A DNA stretch of 36,044 nucleotides from Octopus bimaculoides. Its lineage: Eukaryota. Shown here in pieces: positions 1 to 10,560 of this stretch (position 1 is the stretch's first letter; every line of letters starts with the position of its first letter). Below the pieces are notes generated by a model. It searched no databases, was not told the origin of the DNA, and saw only the letters and a program-made list of their open reading frames with translations. The translations under genes and the position numbers were made by a program. Where the stretch lies: contig NC_068995.1 of assembly GCF_001194135.2 (NCBI RefSeq), positions 30,625,475 through 30,661,518 of the forward strand. The letters are read 5' to 3'.

Positions 1-129
1 GTTACTGTCAATCCCTATATATTTATGATTATAAATTTTTACCGAAGAAGGTTTTTTTCATACTGAGCTACCCGGCAGAATTGTTAATTATTAATTTTAT
101 TACTAATTGATGATTCCCTGCCCTGCATA

Positions 130-131
<2 letters not shown>

Positions 132-186
<55 letters not shown>

Positions 187-260
187 GTACGTATGTATGT
201 ACATATGTATGTATGCATGCATGTATGTATGTATATATGTACGCATGCATGAATGCATAC
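132..260. repeat. (TA)n / (TATG)n microsatellite
   Basis: Seen directly. Confidence 0.95.
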
Positions 261-669
261 ATATGTATTTGTGTTTATTGAAAACACGACTATGTTCTAA
301 CTTAATATTTTTATCATATCTCCTTATCAGACGCTTATTGTTCGTTTGGTGCAATAAATTCCCCAAATTCATCTTTTTCAATGTTTCTACGTTATCCAAG
401 CTTCTGGATGTAGAGTGGTTTTAGTTTCTGTGTTGCCCTTTTTATAGTGGGCAGCAAATGTTTATACATACTTTACCGCCAGACGTCAGTGTTTTAAAGT
501 TCTACGTAATCAAATTCGCATTTGTGATGTGTATATAACATACACACATCACAAATGAAAATCCTGTGACATAGAACTCAAACTCTTCAACGGTAGAAGC
601 ATTCTCCGTTGTTCATTATTCCAAGGTTGGTAGATAAATTCGGAGTCAAAATCATTACTTTCACTCTAT

Positions 670-705
<36 letters not shown>

Positions 706-1489
706 GTAAAATATGTCTCACTGAGGAGGTGTAACAAGAGGGAAACATGTCCATTACTTTCACCAATTAGTGTTAAAAACCAGAACCATTACAACCTACA
801 CTGTCTTTGTTGCCCAGGCACACTCCCATACTGCCATTGTCCATAATGTGAACTTCTATGATGCCATTACATCTATTATCCAAACATTTTGGCCAATTGG
901 TTTTATTGCGGTAATCTTCCTTTTAACTTTGACACATCCTTAGAGGTAGCTTTTGTCCACTAATGGCTTAAATCAATCCTAGGTGTTAGAACTTATTCAA
1001 CGTATTATAGTAATCCACCCTTACTGTATTGATAAGTATTGGGATGGGGAATTAATGAAATTGTCTATATATTCACTGTAAAACGTAGGTACTTGAGTTC
1101 ATATAAGAAATTGTTCATGGCAATGGATAGCTGCTCTAATATCTTGACCAACCATGATTTCATTCAAAGAAACTGACATGTAATCAATTGATAGGACCAT
1201 AGTCTCTTACTGGTACCAGTTTTTATTTAATCTTTCACTACTGAAAATATAAACTGAGTTTTGGCAAATTAAATGTGAAAAGATCTGAAATTATGCACCC
1301 GTTGTATAATGAAACCAAGAACTTATGTAATCGATAAAATATCAACCGTGGCGTGATGTAAACTCAGAACGGAAAGAGAGAAAACTAAATACCTGTAAGA
1401 TACTTAATCTAGTAACGCAGTTATCATTTTTAATTATTCCACTGTCAAAAACGAATTTTTATAAGAGAGGCTCCAGAGCCACATCTTAA

Positions 1490-1650
1490 GTCGATAAAAT
1501 CAGCCCCAGTAAAATTTGATCAGTACTTTATGTGATCGCTTCTAAAAGAATGAAAGCAAATTTGGCCTTGAACTCAGAACATTGAAGGATGCGACGAAAT
1601 ACCGCAAAGCATTTTGCCACCACGATGTTTGCCAACCAGTGCGCCGCTAC
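1490..1650 (-). mobile_element. SINE family A, degenerate
   Basis: aactcagaac...gacgaaataccgcaaagcattttgcc matches the reverse complement of the family A head. Confidence 0.65.
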
Positions 1651-2282
1651 ACACCGAAGTATCATATAATATAAGTAGGTGCTTCTCGGAAATAAAAGAA
1701 AATTACATTTTAAAAATGTTAAGAACACAAACTGGAATTCAAATACAAAGTGTTGATAATTTTTAATTTATTGTATAAAAAAACTCCAGTAACTTAAAAT
1801 GATTTACATTTATAAACGCAAATACATAAATACGTTTTGTATGGAGAAAATGGGCCAAAATATTTTGTTTGCTCTGAAATACTACGTAAGTAAAAAAAAG
1901 TATCTCAGAACCATTGGTTGTACCGCCTCAGTCTGCTATCGTGTTTATATAATAATTATTATTATTATGCTAATTATGATCACCTAATTGGGCACAAAGC
2001 GAAACATTTGAAGGGGGCAATCAATGATAATTTTTTTCTTCGATGACAGAAGCTTAGCGGTAATTGGTTCCAACTAATTTAATTAGGGATTTGAAGTTCG
2101 GAACATTCTATACATCAGTGTATTCATTCAATATTTTACTATTCCAGAAATCTCAACATGGTAAACGTTCGGAGAAGACTTCTTTGAAAAAAATACTTTA
2201 CATATATTACAAAGAGACTGGCTTTCAGAAAAGTGATTGAGTTAACTTTTTCTTAAATCAAACTAAGAAGAAATCTTTTAAA

Positions 2283-2307
2283 ATGAAGCCTCAGGACCCA
2301 CACACAG
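2283..2307 (+). CDS. Tentative first coding exon of the PLA2 gene (MKPQDPHT+G)
   Basis: aaaATG context and a CAG|GTGCGA donor in phase 1, which matches the phase-1 acceptor at 3377. This would give a 172-aa precursor. Other upstream exons cannot be excluded. Confidence 0.35.
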
Positions 2308-2403
2308 GTGCGAAATTTTCTTTTGTTTTCATCTTGTATTCACTTCGTTTTCATATGAGCAAGTACGTACGTACGTACGTACATGTATGTGTGTGTCTTT
2401 GTA

Positions 2404-2443
<40 letters not shown>

Positions 2444-2474
2444 TATGTATCTGTGTATGTATGTGTGTGTATAA

Positions 2475-2507
<33 letters not shown>

Positions 2508-3377
2508 GCTTTCCTAAATCTATTAATCGAATAACGTTTCGAGATCTTCCCAGTCTCGCCATCAGAATGAAATCATATGGTTTGTTGTTCGTGCACTTTG
2601 TCGTACGTCTCAAGGAGTTATGGGAGTACTGCTAAAACTGATAAAAACTTCAACGCCAGATTTATTTATAACATTGTTATAAATTTTTGCGTGTGATAGA
2701 CGCACTACCATTACCATCGCTTCACTCTGGCAATGAAATGTGTTTTGTTTTATGCTGCTGGCATTAAATATGTCAATACTAGCGTAAATATGGGTCCCCT
2801 TTTTTTCTTTCTGCGTTGATGGCATGTCGCAGTTAATTATTCTCCATACAAATCAATTTACCAACGCCAATGAATGTACGACCTTGTACATTTACATAGT
2901 GAACATTGTTCACTCTGAGTCAACATTGCTTCTTTACATTGATGCTGAGTGGAGGAATCCTAGAAGATCAACAGTCAGGATCACCAGACTCTATCAAGCG
3001 AGTAATTGTAATGCATCCATAGGAGCAGCGTCCATAGTTGTGTAATGGACAAGCTCCCTATTCAAATTCATAATAATGGAATTGGATGGAGACAGACAAT
3101 CATGGGAATCTGCGAAAGTAGTGCGACTGAAGAATTGTCCACCACTTTAGCAATGATGCTGAAGTGTATACTTTACTTATGAGGTCAGAATAAAGCTAAA
3201 ACATGTTCAAAGTTGCCAGAAAAAACGCAAATAATATTAGTCGTTGACTGACTGGTAGTTTTTCCTTTCCCTTTCCTATCATTAACATAACAGTGCTTCT
3301 TGTATTAAATGTTAACAATAACTAAATGAACAACATAACTTGATAATTGCTTATTTCTTTTTCCTTTCATTTTCAAG

Positions 3378-3467
3378 GAATACCAGAAGGAAAGTCTGTG
3401 TGCTGGCGTTCTACGTTAATTATTGTTTCATTGTTGCTGGTAGCTGTTATTTTCATTCTTTCCTGTA
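3378..3467 (+). CDS. PLA2 exon encoding the hydrophobic signal/signal-anchor segment
   Basis: Long pyrimidine tract then ttttcaag| acceptor; open frame IPEGKSVCWRSTLIIVSLLLVAVIFILSC; A|GTAAGT donor in phase 1, in frame with the next exon. Not present in the ORF track. Confidence 0.75.
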
Positions 3468-4150
3468 GTAAGTATAGCTTTTATGTACATAGCTGAAATC
3501 CATTATCAGTAAAATTGTAAACATAAATACCACTTGTGTGCCTTTACGTTTCTCAAAGCCCTCCTACATCACTATATCGAGAGCGTTGTCAACATATATC
3601 GTCTGAAGGGAGAAGTTGTTCTCTGAGGGCGAAACACAACAGCAATTATCATATTCACGTTCAAATCTGCCGGTATGCGTTAAGAACGAATATCATCATT
3701 TTGATTCTCGCTGTTTTACTTGCTTATAATTATTCAGTATCATTCACTAATCTCTTCCCCGAAATAAGTTGCCTTTTCTTTCTCAGAAACTGCAGCCTTT
3801 ACTTGGTCTCATGACTTGCTAGAAATAGGTACTATACCTCCTCAAATCACAACCTCCAATCAAAGACTGATTCTATAATGTTACACTTGATATTCAAAAA
3901 AATATGATGGTCAAAGCTGGAACTCCTTTTATCATAGTTCTAGTCCATTAGAAATTTCATGAGACTAGACATCTTATTCTTCTTTTACTGCATTGTGTGT
4001 GTATGTGTGTGGGGGAGTCGAATCCCGCAAGCGATGTTACAAGATTTTTTCTGTCTTCACACGCACATGGAGAGAGACAGACAGACAGAAAGACAGACCG
4101 ACAGAGATAGGTACGTAAATCGATACTGCCATGTCTGCGCTTGTGTGTGT

Positions 4151-4215
<65 letters not shown>

Positions 4216-7200
4216 CACACACACACACACATGTGAAGGGTACGTGTGCGTGCGTGCATGTGTGTGTGTCTACATATATGTATCTTTGTATGTAATGTAC
4301 AATACTGATGTTCATAATATTTATAACGTTTATGCAAACGTAGAACGATAGTAAATGTAATATTTTGTCATAGAAACTTCTCAGAGACTTTTATGTAAAA
4401 AAAACTCATGGCTTCGCTCTAAATACCAATGGATTGGTAGTCAGTGTTTCGACTTGATTTGAACTCCTCAGTGATATTGTCGGTAAAAGTAAGGCTGTAG
4501 TAAAATAGGTGCGTAAGATATTGGGCTACTTGCTTACAAATCATGAATATTATGTATTATTTCTAATATATTTTCTTTTTCTATCTCCTACAGTGGATTT
4601 AAAATTTAAATGGAACAAAACCAGGCTAAAACGATCTTTCCTTGACAATTGTCAACTGATTGAAACTTACACCAATAAAACCTGCAAGCAATTCTATGGT
4701 TATGGCTGCTTCTGTGGCCTGGGATCACGTGGCCAGAAGCCTTTAGACTCCATTGATCAGTAAGCTATATAAAACAATATCTGGAATTATTTTACCATTC
4801 TTTTTTTTTTTTGATGGGTGATTAATGGCGGCTCATTCAGTTCAATTCAGTTTATCTTCGTTCTTAAAATTAATTATTTTAATTCAGTTCATTTTTTTCT
4901 TTGTTTTGTTTACGATGGAAATTTCAGTTCAATTAAGCGAGGTTTGTTTGTTTGATTTTGCTTGTTTTGTTTTTTTTTGTTTCTGTTTATTTGTCTTTTG
5001 ATTTTAACTTAATTCTGAGAGTGAAACCTCAGACTTACGGATCAATTTTGCCTTTCGTCGTTCTGGTATCGATAAGATAAAGCACCGGTCAAATATTAGG
5101 GTTTAATTTAATCGATTATACCTTCTCTTAAAAGTATTATCGTGTGCTGACAGAATTAGAATTGGTTGGCCGAGTATATTGGATACAAAACAACCAGTTG
5201 TAGGGTCAGTGGCACGTTTTTCAGTTATAAAGGTTGTATTCGTGGCCAAGACATATAACTGCTCAAATAGCGCAGTCCATCGCTACTCTACGAACCCGCT
5301 CTATTTAGGCAGCGAACAGCACTTAAAAATTTAACAGGTGTTTCGCCAATTTGTCACTTCCTCTATTCTTCTGGTTATTTCTGCAGTCCAATACTTTTTA
5401 GTTAGGTGAGTTTAGCCATTCCTGAATTAAATGTAATTACCATGAACGCAACCTTAACCATAGCCACACTCAACGACATCAACGACCTCTGGTGACATAC
5501 TTAACAAATGCTATGTTTTTAACATGAAAGTATACAAACGTAGTTTTCTTTACCTTCCTTCCAGTTATATTTACTAGACATCATCGATCAGTCTATGATT
5601 GTTATTTTATTTATCGATCCTGATAATGGAAAAGAAAAGTAGAACTTGACAGGATTTAGACTGAGAGACGTAGAACGAATATTATCACCAAGTCAACAGT
5701 TTGCAAGATCATTAAAGCAATGGCAATTTCCCGGGAAACTGTGACGTCACCGCCGTTTCTAATTTCTTGCTGAAGTCAATTTATGTATTTTTCAATATAA
5801 AAACATAATCAATTAAATTTAAAATATTCATTTTTTCGATCCTCTACTAATACAAGCTATTTGAGTTTGCATCTGCTTATAAATTTTTATGATCAAAAGA
5901 TTTTATTAGAATATTAGTATTTCTTACTGAGATTTGAAAACTTTTGAAAATTCTTAAAAATATCCAGACTGTTAATTTCGTTTTTTTTTTTTTTCTTTCA
6001 GATGTTGTTTTGATCACGACTTGTGTTATGGTTCCATCAACTGCAACTTACTGTATTTACCACTTACACACTATACATATCACTGCTATACACATTATTG
6101 TGCCTGTACTGACAGTGAGTATACTAACTTTTTACATGCTCCATATAAATCCTTTCTACTACAGGCATAAGGCCTGAAATTTGGAGGAGAGTGGGGGGCT
6201 AGTCGATTACTTCGACCCATTGCGTAACTGGTACTTAATTTATCGACCCCGAAAAGAGGAAAGGCAAAGTCGACCTCGGCGGAATCTGTCTACTAGCAAT
6301 AGCGGCAAAATTCTGCCCCGAATCCCACTCAAACCCTAACTCTAACCCAACCATCCTCTTTGGAAAGTCGACCATTATATTATTTCTTTGCTATATTTCT
6401 TCAGATCCACACACGCTGAAACAACATTGAAAGTGTCAATGATTTGTTACAAAAATATTTGGCAATTTCTGGAAATCGCTTTCTTTTGAAATATAGCCAA
6501 AGCCTTTTTACTCTGCACTTGTTAGTATTTATGTCGAGTGGAGGTTGTGGATAGAAAATTTGAAAGAGAGTTGTAATAATTACTTTGTGGTAATTAGCTG
6601 TGATTCTCTCTGACCTGATTCAAATTCCACTGAGATTAAAAATCTCTTTTATTTTTCAGGTATGTTTCAAATGAGTACCAGTCAAATACTGGTGATGAAA
6701 TATTCAAATGTTCGTTTCCAGAAATTAAAATTTATGTTAGGTAGAGGTTGGTAGGTCGAGGTTGACAGCGGTTGGTGAGTCGAGGCGATAGAGTCGGGAG
6801 AGCACTTTATTAAATGTCTTATATTATTTCGTTACAAGCAAAGCAGCGAGATGGCAGAATCGTTATCCCACCGGGCAAAATACTGAGCGGTATTTCGTCC
6901 GTCTATACATTTTGACTTCAAATTCCACCGATGCCGACTATTCCTTTCGAAGTCGATAAAATAAATGAGCACTGAGAACCATGTAATCGACTGTTCCCCT
7001 CCACCAAAATTTCAGGCTTTTTGCCTACAGTAGAAAGGTTTATTTCGTTTACAACTAAATATCGGTGCCGTTCCTCAAAATGTCTAAGTCCAAATCTTAC
7101 CAGTGTAATACTAGCCTCTCCTTCATCCCGCTGTGGTCGATAAATAACTGCCAGTACCTTTCCTCAAAATGGATAGATTTGTGTAAATATTCGAAATCAG

Positions 7201-8359
7201 CGTTTATGTAGAGTGCAAGTCACCTTTAAGCTTTTATTCATTCCATTCGCGTTAATCATTCCTAGAACAGTTTTGAGTTGTAGTTTGCTGCTTGAATTCC
7301 AACAAAGTCATAAATAGCCATGAAACCGATGATAGGAAGATAAACAGGAATTTATATCTTGAAGATCTTGAAAGTACTGACATCATTAGATAGTGCCAAC
7401 TGTTCCGCCCTTCCGTGAGCTTTAAATTTAACACAGGTCTTCAATATCCTCTCACAATACATGATGAAGTGATATAAATATATTGAAACACTGCACTTGT
7501 ATGATTTCATGTGAATCTAAGGTAAAACAAGGGACACAACCAGCAGTATTGAATTCGTCAGATACCAAAAACAAGATAGAAGTAATGGTTAATGGTACTC
7601 CCGCCTCTCTTTTACCTACAGCTATATTATCAAATACCAACTTCCTTTTTATAAAAGGGTATAGTGTGATTTGAAAAAATTTGGTTGCCATTTCTAGTAA
7701 GACGATCGCAACGTAGCAGCTCCTTTGTTGGTTCTTAGTCAATGTAATATAACCATGCAGTTTAGCCATATAATCCTGTGCAACAATGTAGTGTACCATA
7801 CTGGCGCTCCGTCGCTTACGACGACGAGGGTTCCATTTGATCCGACCAACGGAACAGCCTGGTCGTGAAATTAACGTGCAAGTGGCTGAACATTCCGCAG
7901 ATACGCATACCCTTAACGTAGTTCTCAGGGAGATTCATCGTGACACAGAGTGTGACAAGGCTGGCCCTTTGAAATACAGATGCAATTCATTTTTGCTTGC
8001 TGAGTAAACTGGAGCAACGTGAACAAAAGTGCCTTTCTCAAGGGCACAACGCGACGCCGGGAATCAAACTCATGACTTTACAATCGTGAGTCGTTTACCC
8101 TAACCACTAAGTCACGCACTTTCACTCAATGTAGTGTAGCCATGTTAAAATGTGTAACCAAACAGTGTAAACATGTGTACAGTATAACCATCTGGTGTAG
8201 CCATGGTGGAGAATGTTTTGTAACAATACAGTTTAGAGTTGCTCGTTATAATGCAGTTTAGTGTAATGTGGTATTTCTAACACACTCATATATGCGCAAG
8301 CGCACAAACACACACATATACACGCACACATAGATATAGATGTATATATCTAGCTGTAG

Positions 8360-8390
<31 letters not shown>

Positions 8391-8735
8391 GTGTTTTGGT
8401 CGAAATGCTTTACAGTGTAATTAATCTTTCCATTCTGTGTTCGAATCCTACCAAGGTCTACATTGATTCTTCCGGGCTTTTGTAAATAAGTACCAATTAG
8501 AGATAAGAGATATCGATGTCATTGATTATATACCTTCACCCTAAAACCAACATCCCCTATTCTATGTCACTTATCAGAAATATTCCTTTTTTTTCTTTTC
8601 TTTTTTACAGATCCCCGGTATTGTCCGTCAATAGTCTGTGAGTGTGATATGCAGTTAGCAGAATGTCTGGCTGACAATATACAACACTTTAATCAACAAC
8701 TAACAAATTATGATTTATATCAATGTATGCAATAA
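3378..8735 (+). CDS. Secretory phospholipase A2 (group I/II-like fold), spliced gene span of the confident exons
   Basis: Exons 3378-3467, 4594-4759, 6002-6114 and 8611-8735 join in frame through GT-AG introns (phases 1, 2, 1). Joined protein: IPEGKSVCWRSTLIIVSLLLVAVIFILSC-M-DLKFKWNKTRLKR|SFLDNCQLIETYTNKTCKQFYGYGCFCGLGSRGQKPLDSIDQCCFDHDLCY...VCECDMQLAECL...YQCMQ*. It carries the Ca-loop YGCFCGLG, the active site CCxxHDxCY and the Asp99-equivalent CECD. The start exon is uncertain. Confidence 0.93.
4140..4285. repeat. Compound (TG)/(TA)/(CA) microsatellite
   Basis: Seen directly. Confidence 0.95.
4594..4759 (+). CDS. PLA2 exon: propeptide, RLKR site, N-terminal helix and Ca-binding loop
   Basis: ctcctacag| acceptor and CA|GTAAGC donor; encodes DLKFKWNKTRLKRSFLDNCQLIETYTNKTCKQFYGYGCFCGLGSRGQKPLDSID. 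Confidence 0.95.
6002..6114 (+). CDS. PLA2 exon: catalytic His-Asp helix and beta-wing
   Basis: ttttctttcag| acceptor and A|GTGAGT donor; encodes (Q)CCFDHDLCYGSINCNLLYLPLTHYTYHCYTHYCACTD. Confidence 0.95.
6151..6286 (-). mobile_element. SINE family A, 3' half
   Basis: Reverse complement reads ttccgccgaggtcgactttgcc...gtcgataaattaagtaccag...tagtagaaagg. Confidence 0.8.
6846..7038 (+). mobile_element. tRNA-derived SINE, family A (near full length)
   Basis: gcgagatggcagaatcgtt...ttcaaattccaccga...gtcgataaaataa...cagtagaaagg; homologous to the copies at 34534 and 21292. Confidence 0.8.
7800..8119 (-). mobile_element. tRNA-derived SINE, family B
   Basis: Minus strand starts gtgcgtgacttagtggttaggg (box A) ... 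gagtttgattccc (box B) ... gttgtgcccttgagaaagg; related copies at about 26515-26760 (+) and 29225-29370 (-). Confidence 0.75.
8611..8735 (+). CDS. PLA2 terminal coding exon
   Basis: ttttttacag| acceptor; encodes (N)PRYCPSIVCECDMQLAECLADNIQHFNQQLTNYDLYQCMQ*, with TAA at 8733-8735. Confidence 0.95.
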
Positions 8736-8736
8736 A
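8731..8736 (+). terminator. Putative polyadenylation signal overlapping the PLA2 stop codon
   Basis: CAATAAA contains the TAA stop; a GT/T-rich tract follows from about 8753 to 8810. Confidence 0.5.
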
Positions 8737-9054
8737 AGAAAATACCTTGCCCTGTTGTTTCTGTTTGTTTGTTTTTTTTTGGTTTTCTTTTTTTGTATTT
8801 TTGTTTTTTATGTGATTTCACTGAGAGACATGATAGCTAACTGCCGAATCGAACAGTTGACTGAAAGGATCAGTGGAGCATGACTTGTCATTGATATTGC
8901 AATGTATATTCATATGCAATGAATACTTCTTCCACTTGTAATAGGTTGGAATGAGTCACTGTTATAAGCAATCATAACATTGTAAACTTGACAGTTTACA
9001 ATGTTCTCTTTCTAGCTAACTGTCTATCTATCGTTCTATCTACCTGCCCATTTA

Positions 9055-9250
<196 letters not shown>

Positions 9251-10126
9251 CATCTGTTGGCCTGTTGTTGCTACTTAACTTCCGGTCAGCATTGATCAAG
9301 TAGACGTAACCAAAGAGAGCCTACCCGTGACCACCCGTCATTTTAAAAGACCCAAGGACTCACATGTCCAATATGTCTTCCTTGCTTTTAGTAGGGTGAC
9401 ATGATGAGGGGATTCGGTTTCAGTATCTAACAGATCCAGTGGTCTTCTTGGTTCCAAGTGACATCGTTTTGTTAGCTGGAATTAGTAATCTCTGTGTGTC
9501 AGGTAAAGAGAAGGATCTGTTATAGGTAACGGGGAGATGGGTACTTTCAATGGTGAACCCAAACTTCCAGTGTGTTAAGGAACTTATTATCACAATCAGC
9601 AGCAGTAGCAGCAGTAGCAGCAGTAGCATTACCACTATCATTATCATCATTATCTTTTTCATCATCATCGTCGTCGTCGTCGTTACCATCTCCGAAACAG
9701 AAATGAAGCTCTTTCAAATGCTGGATGTCCAAGATGTACTCATAGTACCTATTTTCTATTTCTCTAGACTATTACCCAAACATAATTTTGATGTTGTTGT
9801 TGTGGCGGTGGTGATTTAGATGCCCAGCACACGTTGTATTTCACGAAGGCACCCCTGCGATTCCAACAAGTACTCTGATCATTGACAAGGCATAAACCAT
9901 CCCATTCTTAAGCCTTAACCTAGATAACCTCCTTCAAACTGATCTTCTAAATATATATTATATAAATACTAATGACCGAGAAATATGTGACACAACCAGA
10001 TACTTCTTAGAATAGGAAGATATGTCTAAAAAAATTTTTTTAAGTATTTTTTCATATTGCCATAAGGATTTCTCACTGTCGAATCGTTTCTTCTTGGGAA
10101 GCGACCTCGGTATCTTTTGCCCGTAG

Positions 10127-10290
10127 ATTTTCAGATATTGAATGTGAGCAACAACAACAACAGTAACGCGGTCATGGACACTCTCCCACCTCCTACTACT
10201 ACTACCAAGGTCATGGACACCTCTCCCTCCTCTCCACCTACTATCGCTACCAAAATCATAGAAACTCTCCCTGCTCCTACTCTTCACTAA
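10127..10290 (+). CDS. Candidate orphan terminal exon encoding a Pro/Thr-rich mucin-like peptide
   Basis: Acceptors at ccgtag|10127 (phase 1) or ttttcag|10135 (phase 0) enter the same frame: ILNVSNNNNSNAVMDTLPPPTTTTKVMDTSPSSPPTIATKIIETLPAPTLH*. Two AATAAA follow (10304, 10316). The upstream partner exon is not identified. Confidence 0.3.
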
Positions 10291-10399
10291 CCCAAAACAA
10301 CAGAATAAATTAGAAAATAAAGTTTCTGTTTTGTTGAGTTTTAAAATGCTTATATTTAGATTAGAACCTGTCATCTTAATTTTATATCATAGTTTAGCC

Positions 10400-10560
10400 T
10401 CGAGTCAGCTAACCGAGCAGACCAATGATCAAAGGCGTTCAAGTCATGACCATCCTGCCTTTTTTATATCTTGTTCTCCTTTATCCAATGTGTTCTTCCA
10501 TTTTGTTTCAAGACAGCAACTTGTGATTTGAGGGAGATTTGGCTGCTATTTCGAATGACC
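10400..10560 (+). repeat. Dispersed repeat family E (representative copy)
   Basis: gatcaaaggcgttcaagtcatgaccatcc...ttatccaatgtg...gatttgagggagatttggctgctatttc. Diverged copies at about 9283, 13585, 14090, 14250, 17985 and 22390 (+) and 3810 (-). Confidence 0.7.

Noticed and set aside
84-424. ORFs rich in YI, HT, CV, LS or YL repeats here and at about 2283-2635, 3957-4351, 8988-9303, 17624-17869, 18760-19202, 25725-26483, 26650-28867, 29354-29557 and 32509-32821
   Set aside because: They are translations of TA, CA, TATG, CT and ATAG microsatellites or N-gaps, which lack stops in some frames.
1799-1891. TAC|GTAAGT donor at 1886 as the PLA2 first exon
   Set aside because: It is phase 0 in the ATG frame, but the acceptor at 3377 needs phase 1. 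It could still be a UTR exon.
4509-4593. N-terminal part of ORF 4509-4763 (MRKILGYLL...) as the PLA2 signal peptide
   Set aside because: It is the pyrimidine tract of the intron ending at 4593; the GTG start is incidental and a better hydrophobic exon exists at 3378-3467.
9958-10374. 138-aa minus-strand ORF
   Set aside because: No recognisable domain; it is antisense to the Pro/Thr repeat segment, whose plus-strand signals are stronger.
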